From: Octopus sinensis
Taxonomy: Eukaryota
Direction: 5' to 3'
Assembly (NCBI RefSeq): GCF_006345805.1
Contig: NW_021833157.1
Coordinates: forward strand, 1-30,573
DNA: 30,573 bases
The position numbers and the translations under genes are program-made. Positions 9,712 through 21,950 of this stretch are shown here, piece after piece. The number at the start of each line of letters is the position of its first letter. Position 1 is the stretch's first letter. The notes beneath the pieces are model-generated. The model saw nothing but the letters and a program-made list of their open reading frames with translations. It had not been told where the DNA came from and made no database searches.

Positions 9712-11850
9712 TAAAAGTAGTTGTGGTGGTGGTGGTGGTGGTAGTGTCTGTTGTGATAGCAATAGTGTTAGTTGTAGTGGAGGTAGTGGTGGTAGTACTG
9801 GTAGTGTTGGCAAAAGTGGTAGTAGGGTAGCATTTGTTATGATGGCAATATTGTATATGCTAGTGTTGGCGGTAGTAGCAATTGTGTATGTTGTGGTGAT
9901 GGTATCGCTGGTAGTAGTAGAGGTAATGTTTAATGTGGTAGTGCTAGCTTTTGTTTGTAGTGGTAGTGACAAAGTTAGTTGTGGTGCTGGTGGTGATGGT
10001 GGTAACAGCCAAAGCATTTGTAGTTGCTATGACAGTGGAAACAGTGGTGGTAGTAGCTGTAGTGGTACTAATAGTGTATGTTGCAGTGGCTGTGGTAGCA
10101 ATAATGTTTGTTGTTGCTGTTGTGGTGGTGGCAGTGACAGTGGTGGTGATGGTGGTAATGGTGATGATGGTGGTGGTGGTAACAGTGGTGGTGGTGATGG
10201 TGCTGTTGATAGTGGTGGTGGTAGTAGTTCGATGATGGTGATGCTGGTAGTGACGATAGTGGTGATGGCGGTGGTGGTAGTGGTGGTGGTGACAGTGGTG
10301 TGGTGGTGGTTGGTGGTGGTGGTGGTAGGTGGTGGTGGTGATGGTGGTGGTGGTGATGGTGGTGGTGGTGATTGGTGGTGTTGGTCGTGGTGGTAGTAGT
10401 GGTGGTGGTGGTGGTGGTATAGTGGTGATGGTGGTGGTGGTGGTATGACTTGTGTGATGTGGTGGTGGTGGTGATGGTGGTGGTGACAGTGGTGGTGGTG
10501 GTGGTGGTGGTGGTGGTGGTTGTGGTGATGGTGGTGGTGGTGAGTGGTGGTGGTGGTGGTGTGTTGTGGTGGTGGTGGTGGTGGTAGTGGTCTGTTGTGA
10601 TAGCAATATGTGTTGTTTAGTGAGGTAGTGGTGTAGTACTGGTATTTGGCAAAAGTGGTAGTAGGGTAGCATTTGTTATGATGGCAATATTGTATATGCT
10701 AGTGTTGGCGGTAGTAGCAATTGTGTATGTTGTGGTGATGGTATCGCTGGTAGTAGTAGAGGTAATGTTTAATGTGGTAGTGCTAGCTTTTGTTTGTAGT
10801 GGTAGTGACAAAGTTAGTTGTGGTGCTGGTGGAGATGGTGGTAACAGCCAAAGCATTTGTAGTTGCTATGACAGTGGAAACAGTGGTGGTAGTAGCTGTA
10901 GTGGTACTAATAGTGTATGTTGCAGTGGCTGTGGTAGCAATAATGTTTGTTGTTGCTGTTGTGGTGGTGGCAGTGACAGTGGTGGTGATGGTGGTAATGG
11001 TGATGATGGTGGTGGTGGTGACAGTGGTGGTGGTGATGGTGCTGTTGATAGTGGTGGTGGTAGTAGTTCGATGATGGTGATGCTGGTAGTGACGATAGTG
11101 GTGATGGCGGTGGTGGTAGTGGTGGTGGTGACAGTGGTGTGGTGGTGGTGGTGGTGGTGGTGGTAGGTGGTGGTGGTGATGGTGGTGGTGGTGATGGTGG
11201 TGGTGGTGATGGTGGTGTTGGTCGTGGTGGTAGTAGTGGTGGTGGTGGTGGTGGTAGTAGTGGTGATGGTGGTGGTGGTGGTAGTGACTTGTGTGATGTG
11301 GTGGTGGTGGTGATGGTGGTGGTGACAGTGGTGGTGGTGGTGGTGGTGGTGGTGGTGGTTGTGGTGATGGTGGTGGTGGTGAGTGGTGGTGGTGGTGGTG
11401 TGTTGTGGTGGTGGTGGTGGTGTGGTAGTATGGTGATGGTGGTGGTGGTGGTAGTGACTTGTGTGTGTAGTGTTGGTGGTGGTGATGGTTGGTGGTGACA
11501 GTGGTGGTGGTGGTGGTGGTGGGTGTTGGTGGTGGTGATGGTGGTTGGTGTGAGGTGTGGTGGTGGTGGTGTGGTGGTGGTGTGGTGGTGGTGGTAGTAG
11601 TGGTGATGGTGGTGGTGGTGGTAGTGACTTGTGTGATAGTGGTGGTGGTGGTGGTAGTCGTTCGTAAGAGTGATAGAGCCGATATTGTTGGTGTCAGCAA
11701 TAATGTTCATTGTTAATAGACATAGTGCAGTGGTGTTAGTGATGGTAGAAATAGTGTATGCATATAGATATGTATGTATGTATGCATGTGTGTATGTATG
11801 TTGTTATTGTGGTGGTGATGGTGGTAGTGGTGGTGGTGAGATGATGGTAG
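9510..11850. repeat. Degenerate (GGT/AGT)n field containing an 839-bp tandem duplication and 170-bp subrepeats
   Basis: 9839 matches 10678 and 9951 matches 10790 (offset 839). gtagtgacttgtgtg occurs at 11281, 11451 and 11621. Confidence 0.9.
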
Positions 11851-11971
11851 TGAACTCAGGCACTGAATTGAAGCTGATGGTCATTGGGGACATTAGCTGT
11901 CTGTTTATCTTTCATTATATATGGTCAAATATTTCAAGGAATCATGTCACTGAATCATCATCATATCTATG

Positions 11972-12740
<769 letters not shown>

Positions 12741-13106
12741 TAGGTATATGTAAATGTACGTCTATAATTATGTATGTGTATATATAATGCGTATAATATT
12801 CCCAGTCCCACAGCTGGCAATGCTACATATACATTGTGTGTGTGTGTGTGTGTGGTGTGTGTGTGTGTGCATGTCCATACATATATAATAACGATATATG
12901 TATATAATGGGCAAACATTATAAAACAAAGTTGACACACACACACACACACACATACACGTGCGTACACACACACACACTGCTGATATAATGCAATAAAC
13001 AGCATAAATGAAATAAGGGATACAGCTGCCTTCTCCCCTAAAGGACAATGAAAATTACTTGTAGAGAACACTGCCATTAGGAGCACCTAACTCTACTACT
13101 CTTATG

Positions 13107-13302
13107 ACCACCACCACCACCACCACCACCATCATAACCACCACCACCACCACCACCACCACCACCATCATAACCAGCACCACCACCACCACCACCAGCA
13201 CCACCACCACCACCACCATCATAACCACCACCACCACCACCACCATCATAACCACCACCACCACCACCACCACCACCACCACCACCCACCACCACCATCA
13301 TA

Positions 13303-13335
<33 letters not shown>

Positions 13336-13425
13336 ATAACCACCACCACCACCACCACCATCATAACCAACACCACCACCACCACCACCACCACCATCAT
13401 AACCAGCACCAGCATCACCACCATT
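13107..13425. repeat. (ACC)n minisatellite punctuated by ATCATA
   Basis: accaccatcataacc recurs about 8 times. Confidence 0.9.
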
Positions 13426-13600
13426 ATTGAAAACTCACACAACAGAAACAATATCATCACCACAACCAATGTTATGGCCTATGAAAGTACTGCCAACCAT
13501 GTCCATCACAACCGCCAAAGCAACAAAATCTATTTAGAATAATATAAAAAAGGTAAACCAACACTGGAAGTTGTTGTTGCTATAATTGCTGTCATTGGGA

Positions 13601-14205
13601 AGTGGAACGGCAGAATCATTAGGGCAACTGAAAAAAATGTGGCATGTAGGATTTGTTCCACTTCCTTCTGATCAGGGTTCATATCTCAATTAGGGTCATC
13701 CTTGTCTTTTATCCTCTCAGGGTTGATGAAATGAAATACCAGCCAAGTACTGAATCCTATGTTACCATAGGCACAGGAGTGGCTATGTATAGGCGCAGGA
13801 GTGGCTATGTGGTAAGTAGCTTGCTAACCAACCACATGGTTCCGGGTTCAGTCCCACTGTGTGGCACCTTGGGCAAGTGTCTTCTACTATAGCCTCGGGC
13901 CGACCAAAGCCTTGTGAGTGGATTTGGTAGACGGAAACTGAAAAAGGCCTGTCGTATATATGTATATATATATGTATGTGTGTGTGTATTTGTGTTTATG
14001 TCCCCGTTACTTAGCGGTTCGGCAAAAGAGACCGATAGAATAAGTACTGGGCTTACAAAGAATAAGTCCCGGGGTCGATTTGCTCGACTAAAGGTGGTGC
14101 TCCAGCATGGCCGCAGTCAAATGACTGAAACAAGTAAAAGAGTAAAAGAGTAACTAGTCCCAAACTCTTAGAATTTCTGGTTTTGTGCTCTCACTAGAAA
14201 TAATA
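13601..14205 (+). mobile_element. Old SINE family C copy interrupted by SINE B
   Basis: 13601-13760 has ggcagaatcattag and cttttatcctctcagggttgatgaaatgaaataccag. The remainder 14154-14205 matches the family C 3' end. Confidence 0.6.
13767..14153 (+). mobile_element. SINE family B with duplicated 22-bp 5' end and an internal deletion
   Basis: TGGCTATGTGG A box, GGTTCAGTCCC B box, CCTTGGGCAAGT, internal microsatellite and (AGTAAAAG)n tail. Confidence 0.92.
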
Positions 14206-14356
14206 TTCGCTGCTGTTGTTGCTGTTGTTGTTGTTGCTTCATCTGAATTTGAACCCTCATCCTGTAGATTTATGATTAATGGTGTTCAAATAGTGATCAT
14301 TGTATCTTATTTATTTATTAATTTCTTTTTTTTTTTTGGCCTTACTATTTTAAAGA

Positions 14357-14757
14357 TTACTCTTTAACTTGTTTCAGTCATTTGACTGCGGCCATGCTGG
14401 AGCACTGCCTTTTAGTCGAGCAAATCGACCCCGGGACTTATTCTTTGTAAGCCCAGTACTTATTCTATCGGTCTCTTTTGCCGAACCGCTAAGTTACGGG
14501 GACGTAAACACACCAGCATCAGTTGTCAAGCAATGCTAGGGGGACAAACACAAACACACAAACATATACACACACACTTATATATATATATGCATATATA
14601 CAACAGGCTTCTTTCAGTTTCTGTCGACCAAATCCACTCACAAGGCATTGGTCGGCCCGGGGCTATAGCAGAAGACACTTGCCCAAGATGCCACGCAGTG
14701 GGACTGAACCCGGAACCATGTGGTTGGTTAGCAAGCTACTTACCACACAGCCACACT
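14357..14757 (-). mobile_element. SINE family B
   Basis: Closely matches the reverse complement of 13800-14150 and the copy at 26449-26883. Confidence 0.92.
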
Positions 14758-14884
14758 GGCACTCTGTTGAACATGTGCCCTTACGTTATACACCCAGTGG
14801 AGCATACTAGCCTCATTCCTTTCTAACCTTTGCATATCCTCTGCATTCAGGGCCAACATCTCACTACTATGTAGAATTGCTGTC
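14758..14884 (-). pseudogene. RTE-clade LINE ORF remnant
   Basis: Uninterrupted TAILHSSEMLALNAEDMQRLERNEASMLHWVYNVRAHVQQS. Confidence 0.85.
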
Positions 14885-15075
14885 TATATATTTATATATA
14901 TATATTTCCAGACTCTCTCACTCTGTGGGAGCCTCAGTTCAAATCGCACATGTCTCGAAAAGGCTGGAGTATTTCTATTTTGGATGTAATTGGGGTACTT
15001 AATTGTGCTCATGACTTAGTGTTTGCTTCTTCCATGGGTATGAGTAAGTATCTCATTTATTTCTTTTGCCACATT

Positions 15076-15128
15076 TATCACTGACGAAGGGAGGGTTCTT
15101 ACGAACTAACCCAAAAATCGGTCTGATA
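15076..15128 (+). ncRNA. Degenerate Penelope-type minimal hammerhead
   Basis: TATCA-CTGACGA-(AGGG...GTTC TTAC GAAC...CCC)-AAAAA-TCGG-TC-TGATA. Stem I and CUGANGA are intact, but G12 is lost. Confidence 0.5.
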
Positions 15129-15288
15129 TGGTAATAATGGAATTTTTTAGAAATTTCGGTCGACCTTTTTTCGAGTAGCGTGCATATTGTGAAAAAATTA
15201 TATGGTTAATGGACAAAATGTCCAATTTTTGGCATATTTGGCATTAGAAATTTTTTCGTTTGCCCTTATTTATGAATTGTATATATAT

Positions 15289-15358
<70 letters not shown>

Positions 15359-15373
15359 TAGACACATAGATAG

Positions 15374-15407
<34 letters not shown>

Positions 15408-16870
15408 AAACACACTCATACTCATATGCATACATATCAGATTTCAGATGGTTGAAAAATGAATTTGTACAGCTTTCATTGAAATCATTTGGGCATCAAC
15501 AATAGGGCTGATTTTCAATAAAATGGTAGAACTGTACATTGTTCAGTGGAATCAGAGTGGAATTATATCAATAGTCTTGTTATTCCTGTTATTATTCATA
15601 GTTATGTTCTTTTTACCATAATGTTGTTAGAATTTTGCAATCACCAACATCTCACTAATAAACACTTTTTCATTGCGTGTGTGCATGTGTGTGCATGTGC
15701 GCGTGTGAGTATGTGTGTGTGTATGTATGTATTTATGTATGTGTGTGTATATAGATAGACACATACACACACATAACAATAGCAACAACACACACAATCA
15801 CAAACTTTGCCTGGTTTTAGTGGTGATAACTAAAATGCATTTTTGAAACCGAAATACACACACACATGCATACATATGCACACACACACACACACACACA
15901 CATACACACTCATTTTATATGATTGACATGTGTGTGTATGTGTGTGTGTGCCTGCATGTCTATGTGATTGTGTGCGTAAATGCATACGTACATAAGTACG
16001 CATACAAATGCACACATTTATAAGTATACATGTTTTCTTTATAATAATATGAACGCAGAAAGAAAAATCCTCAAGGAAAAAAAGTTAAGTGGAAAAGAGA
16101 GGAAAAAGAGACAGAAAAGAGAAAAGCTGAATTGAGAGAGAGGGAGAGAGAGAGAGAGAGAGGGGGGGGGAGAGATAGAGAAAGATGGCAGAGGTGGAGA
16201 AAAAGAAAATAAACAAATAGTATTTTATAGACAAAAAGAAATGTCAAGTGACTAAAATACTTACTTAGTTGAGCAGTAAATCTATTGTTGAATGTTTGAT
16301 AGAATTATTGCTTATTTCTCCCTCAATAACTATTCAATTGATTCATTAAACCAGAATCAATATGAAAAGTACACGAAAAAAAATATATTATAAAATAAAA
16401 TAAATTGTTAAAAAAGAAACAATGACTAAACAAAAACAATGTAAAAACACCCCCAAAAATAAAAATATTAAAATTACAGAATTAAATTTTTTTTTCTTTT
16501 TCTGTCTATTATTCTTTCAGAATTTTTTTGTTTTTGTTAGGATTTTTTTTTTTCACAATATTTGTTTCAAAATATAATTTAATTGAAAAATGTTCATCTA
16601 TATATTTTATGGTCAATTGGCTCTGGCAATTATTGGTTTTTCACTGCTTCCGGTAAAGGTTGTGAAAATTGATGAAAATTTTTTATCTTTTTACTTTTTT
16701 TTTGTTTTTTTTTACTTGTTCACATGGGAGAAACAAAATGAGATTTTGTGATGTTCATACATATATCTCAAGCAGCTCTGTTTGAAATTACACTGCCTAA
16801 GCTGACCAGGAGCTTATATTTTATGCACTTCTAGTCCCCCAAATCCCAAATGGGCATTACTGAAACTAGT

Positions 16871-16935
16871 GTCCTTGTTTAGCCCCCAGATCAGTCCTGT
16901 TCCAGCAGGCCTTATATGCAAACATGTTCCTGACA
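16871..16935 (-). mobile_element. Family D 3'-terminal fragment
   Basis: ttgtttagcccccagatcagtcctgttccagcaggcctta resembles 182-225. Confidence 0.5.
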
Positions 16936-17089
16936 TTCTGGCTCAGGAACAAAATTTACTTAGCAGGTGCAAACCCAGGTTTAAAATATTTTACAGACAA
17001 GGTCTTATTGCTTTTTATTGGTTTTTATTTTTATTTATTTTTGTTCTTTGTTCTTCGAGAAGAAACCTGACTTCAAACTACGTTTTACA

Positions 17090-17217
17090 AATCACTTTTT
17101 ATGCACTGTATTCTAAACAAGAGAAAAGTAAGCAGGTGTGCAAAATTTGATTTTGCACCCAACCAAAAAATATTAGGTGTTCTTGCACCCCTTGCATCCC
17201 TTGTTCCTGGGCCCATG
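17090..17217. mobile_element. Possible hAT-type DNA transposon end
   Basis: Repeated TGCACCC subterminal motifs ending gttcctgggcccatg, a pattern seen at hAT termini. No partner end found. Confidence 0.35.
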
Positions 17218-17498
17218 TCCAGGCATGATCATGCTTGTGAGTCTGTGTATTTATGACTACTTTGTCCAATGTGGTTTTCTCCTGATTTGAGGGAGATTTA
17301 GTGACTATTTCTAGCAGAGGTAGAGACCACATAAGTGAGTCCCTCATAGGTCTGGTAAGGTTTGATAAGATGACTATCACTGAAAAATGGCTACCTTTTA
17401 GATTTCTTGTTATGTGTATGCATTTGTTAATCATTAACTGTCTGTCATATATGTAGGTGAATGTATGTATGCATGTATATATATATATATATATACAT

Positions 17499-17648
17499 GG
17501 TCACTTTCGAGTGCTACTGGTAACATGTAACCCAGTACAACCTGTTGCATGGTCGGGTTGTCGGCGACTAAACCGGCAACCCCACCAAGCTTGCTTGGTG
17601 AGGAGGGTGTTTATTGGACACCTTGTGGGATGAAAAGCAAAACATGTC
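17499..17648 (+). mobile_element. Structured GC-rich segment resembling an RTE LINE 5' end (HDV-like fold)
   Basis: Hairpins gggttgtcgg/ccggcaaccc and caccaag/cttggtg, with a P1-P2-P3-GG-P4-C-TAA-P2' order at 17499-17576. Confidence 0.45.
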
Positions 17649-17659
17649 TGTGCCAATAG

Positions 17660-18301
17660 ATAAAATTCAAAAATTCAACAGACCATTGACTACAATCCCA
17701 GAAAGTCCATGAAGTCAATTGAGAAAAGATCTCCAAGTGTCAGAAGGAACAGTTAGAAATGTTGTCCATAAAGACATCAAATATAAGTCTATATGATGAG
17801 TAAGGTCAATTTGTCAGAAAAAGCAAAGGAGAATTATTACCTCAGATCTAAAAGGGTCTTAAACAAACTGAAAAATCCAGAAGAAGATTTGATTTGGTTT
17901 TTCTCAAACGAGCAAAACTTCAACCAAGATCAAAAAGTTAACCAAAAGAAATGACAGACGGTTATGTGCAAACATGGTTTTAGGGTTTGTCAGCAATGAA
18001 GGACATGCGATATCCCCTTACTTCATTCCACAAGGCCTTTGAGTTAACTCTGCCACCCACATTGAGGTCCTGGAAATAATTGTTAAGCCCTGGACAGACA
18101 GTGTATGCTATGGAAGGCCATATGTGTTTCAGTAAGACTCTGCACTATCACACATGGCTCTAGTGACACAGGAATGGATGGCTGTAAATTTTCATGATTA
18201 CATAAGTCCTAACATTTAGCCTCCTAATTCCCCGGATCTCAGTTCATGGGACTGTCACATGGGGAGCATTGTTGAAGCTGAAGGTGGGTTTATATTGAAT
18301 A
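17660..18301 (+). pseudogene. Tc1/mariner superfamily DD37D (maT) transposase pseudogene
   Basis: NPRKSMKSI, VSEGTVRNVVH, IWFFSNEQNF, MVLGFVSNEG, RPYVFQ*DSALSH-...[11 protein letters not shown] with exactly 37 residues between the second and third Asp, ending VEAEGGFI. Contains stops, frameshifts and deletions. Confidence 0.92.
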
Positions 18302-18391
18302 ACATAATAGAAAAGAAGATATATTTTTACCCCCGTAGCATTTTTTGTCATTATATATCTCTTTTTTTTCATAAATATATCTTATACACCC

Positions 18392-18423
<32 letters not shown>

Positions 18424-18518
18424 TATATATATATATACATATACACATATATGTATATATACACACACACACATATATATATATTATATATATATACATA
18501 CATACATGCATACATACA

Positions 18519-18562
<44 letters not shown>

Positions 18563-18599
18563 ATATTATATATATATACACATACATACATACATACAA

Positions 18600-18641
<42 letters not shown>

Positions 18642-18949
18642 GAGAGGGAAAACCACTATGTTGATGCCCTTATGCTAGAAGTAGATCCACTATGGTCTTA
18701 CCACTAATTAAATTAATATCAAATTTCTCACACTCATTTTAAATTTAAATTTATATATATATATATATATATAATATATATGGATTGAATATTCTATATA
18801 TCATGGATTAAATATTCTATTCATTCTTAAACTTATTTTTGAGTACTTTTTACTAATTGGCTGGACATAGCTCCAATGATGATGATGATGATGATGCTGT
18901 TACACACACACACACACACACACACATACACACACACACATAAACACAT

Positions 18950-19125
18950 ACAAAATCACTGCATAGTTTCTATGTACAAAACTCACTGGTAAGGCATCAG
19001 ATAACTCAGGAGTCATAGTAGAAAACACTTGCCCAAATACACACACTATACAATGAAACTGAAAGCATATGGTTATGTGACTGAGAATCCAACCTCTTAA
19101 CTATAACAACCAAGCTTGAGCCTTC
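18950..19125 (-). mobile_element. Highly diverged SINE B 5' half
   Basis: agtttctatgtacaaaactcact...atagtagaaaacacttgcccaa matches the family B minus strand. Confidence 0.6.
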
Positions 19126-19152
19126 CTTCAATTTCATTTTGCATTTAGCCGG

Positions 19153-19415
19153 TTTAAAAACTCCTTTGTGACCATATTTCTAATAAAACACAAGAACTGT
19201 CTGTATTTTAATGAATTGTGAAAAGAACCAGGAATATGGAGAGATTTAGTAAAAATAACTAACTTGTTCATTATTCAGTTGGTGTTTGGAAAGTAATTTA
19301 ATAAACGTTGTGATGGAAGGTTTTAATTTAAATATGAACACTTCAAAATGGACAGTTTCCATACCATGCAACTAGAGGTGGTCTCAGATGGATAGGCAGA
19401 ATTAAAAAGAGTTAA
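19153..19415. mobile_element. piggyBac-like MITE (diverged)
   Basis: Ends aaaagagTTAA. The interior is the reverse complement of the reconstructed 21826-22523 element (atttagtaaaa, ggtgtttggaa, ggtggtctcag). Confidence 0.6.
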
Positions 19416-19649
19416 TCATTGTTTTTTTTTTCCTTCTCTCCATGTAAAAGTCTTCATTATGCTTCAGACAAAAGATTCAATGCAATATTGTATCATTTTT
19501 TGGACATTTTAAAATGTTTTTACAATTATTTTATTTAGTTGGGTTATTGAAATTGTTGACACTCTCCTAACTTACAAAGTGTCTTTTTTTATTTGGTGGC
19601 ATAAAAAATTTCAGTGGAATTGTTTTTTTTACTCCATGAAAATTAACTA

Positions 19650-19805
19650 TTTCAAATCACGTGCTACTATTCTAAACAAAAAGGCAGGACACAATGGATT
19701 AATGTAATCCTAGATACACTATGTTGAAATAAGGATATGATGGTCATATCCGAAGTATCTTTGATCTAAAGGTTTGCATCATTTGGGCTGATCGGAGATT
19801 AGAAA
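19650..19805 (+). mobile_element. Family D retroposon fragment
   Basis: ggacacaatggattaatgtaatcctagatac...gggctgatcgg aligns with 9260-9410. Confidence 0.6.
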
Positions 19806-20062
19806 ATATAGGAAACTATGATGTCATACACAACTGGTTCTACAGTAGATGGCACAACCTGGCAGACTGGATTCTGGTATCCTTACGGGTATGATTTTTA
19901 GAAATAATTTTTGCAAAAGGAAATGGTAAGTATGTAGAAATAAAGTGTTTATTACAATATAAAATCCACAGAGAAGAAATCGAACAGTATCAAATTTTTT
20001 AGAATAAGACCATGCAAGTAGATCGTTTGTGTGTGAGTGTGTGAGTGTGACTGTGCGTGTGT

Positions 20063-20120
<58 letters not shown>

Positions 20121-20178
20121 CGCAGATAGACAGAGCACATTTACATTACTGACAATGATTTCAACACAATTTTATTAT

Positions 20179-20531
20179 AAACAAGAGCACTCAGAGAGTG
20201 CAAACCTCTGCCATGGCAACACCAACGTCTTCTCAACGATTAGTCACAGATGATTTTTACAATGAGAATATCTGAAATAAACTCAAATGCTCTCACAACC
20301 AAGAATACTAAAAATGAACCCGACTGTTCTCAAAAATTAAGTAAAAAAACAGGAAAAATAATTTGGAATCCTTGTCCAGGAGTGGATCGATCTCAAAATC
20401 TAATCAGTTTGTTCCACTCATGAGGCCAAACATCCAAATCCATCCAGCGGTTCTTGAGATATCTTGTCCACGGACAAACAAATAAACATGACTGAAAGCA
20501 ATACATCTGCCTTCACTAAGGCAAAGGTAAT
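20179..20531. mobile_element. Helentron-associated non-autonomous element (HINE/DINE-1-like)
   Basis: Subterminal acctctgcc (20204) is inverted to terminal ggcaaaggt. Terminal hairpin tacatctgcctt-cact-aaggcaaaggta, a short (ACAA)-type repeat, A-rich flanks and no TSD. Confidence 0.7.
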
Positions 20532-20599
20532 AAACACTGAGTGGAGGTTGGATAGGTGAGAGAAGATCAGAAAAGTGTTGTTGATCATGTATAAATGTA

Positions 20600-20930
20600 G
20601 GCGCATGGCTCAGTGGTTAGAGCGTCAAGCTTACGATCGTGAGGTTGTGAGTTTGAATCCCAGACTGGGCTGTGTTGTGTTCTTGAGCAAGACACTTTAT
20701 TTCACATTGCTCCAGTTCACTCAGCTGTAGAAATGAGTTGCGACGTTACAGGTGCCAAGCTGTATCGGCTGTTGCCTTTCCCTTGGATAACACTGGTGGC
20801 ATGGAGAAGAGAGGCCTGTATGCATGGGCGACTGCTGGTCTTCCATAAAACAACCTTGCCTGGACTTGTGCCTGAGAGGGTAACTTTCTAGGTGCAATCC
20901 CACGGTCAGCCATGACCGAAGGGGGTCTCA
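20600..20930 (+). mobile_element. tRNA-derived SINE with CORE-like body
   Basis: TGGCTCAGTGG A box, GAGTTTGAATCCC B box, gttcttgagcaagacactt...cactcagctgtagaaatgagt. 9-bp TSD ATAAATGTA at 20591-20599 and 20931-20939. Confidence 0.88.
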
Positions 20931-21548
20931 ATAAATGTAACTAAATCTCTCCAAATAAATTAAAGAATATGGACAAAGAAACCACATAAGGCCTCCATTG
21001 GTCATTGGTGACCACTGCATCAGCACACGTGTAAGTCTGAGCAAGCACTTTTTTTGAGGAAGGCTGGGAGTTGCCTATGCATTCGAATTGACCCTCTCTG
21101 CACGACAGAGGTTTATCAAAGACATCTTGAATGATACTCAAACAGTTCAGCTGTCCAAGCCACCCCAAATTGATATGCTACTTTTTATCAATTCTGTTTT
21201 CCAGCCATCCAGTCCCTGAGGATGTGGGTACCGAATTTCTAGGCCCTGATAACATGGTCAAAATATTGCAGTTTTTCTTGTCTGACCATTGTCACCAACT
21301 TTAGCTCTGTTCCTATCTCCCTCAGGACTGAATTATTCTTTCAACAGGTCACCCAACTAAGCTGCAGTGCTTGCTTGTAACATAGCATCTTAAACACACT
21401 CAGGTGCTTGGTGTCAACTACACTAAAGATCCTTGGTTCACACTCAAACAAAATACTACTTGCTAGACCAGGGTTTATGGAAGTTTCTGCACAATACTTT
21501 TGTTGAGGGCACAGTCTGCATCATGTTGTATTAAAAACACTCAGTGCA

Positions 21549-21760
21549 GAGGCACATGGCTCTGTGGTTAAGGTGTTGGACTCATGATTGTAAGATTGTG
21601 GTTTCATCTCCTGGAATGCCCCAGACCACTCAGCTGGCAAAAATGAGTTACCCTGCAATGGACTGGTGTCCCATCCAGGTGGAGAATATCTATGTTACAA
21701 AACTGGGAAAGTGGTCCCTATGAGTTGACATGACCAGAGAAGGTAACTTTGCCTTACCTC
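21549..21760 (+). mobile_element. Diverged tRNA-derived SINE with V-domain-like body
   Basis: gaggcacatggctctgtggttaagg head, cactcagctggcaaaaatgagt, and cctgcaatggactggtgtcccatccagg. Confidence 0.7.
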
Positions 21761-21950
21761 TTAATATTCTCAGCGGCCTAAAGTCAGCTGCTCTAAAGGG
21801 CCATGCTTCACACCCTGACAAAACATTTAACCCTTTTGTTACCAACCCACATGAGACTACCCCTAGTTCTAGCACACAAACATCTTTCTTTTAAAGTGAT
21901 CTAAATTCAAATCATCAATCAAAACTTCATGCTAATTAAAGTTCCAAGTA

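Noticed and set aside
9553-11716. Gly-rich, Thr-rich and Val-rich ORFs (mucin- or cuticle-protein-like)
   Set aside because: Triplet phase shifts repeatedly and all frames are simple translations of (GGT)n.
16600-16690. Possible terminal exon in an AT-rich, UTR-like region
   Set aside because: Frames are very short and have no splice-acceptor support.
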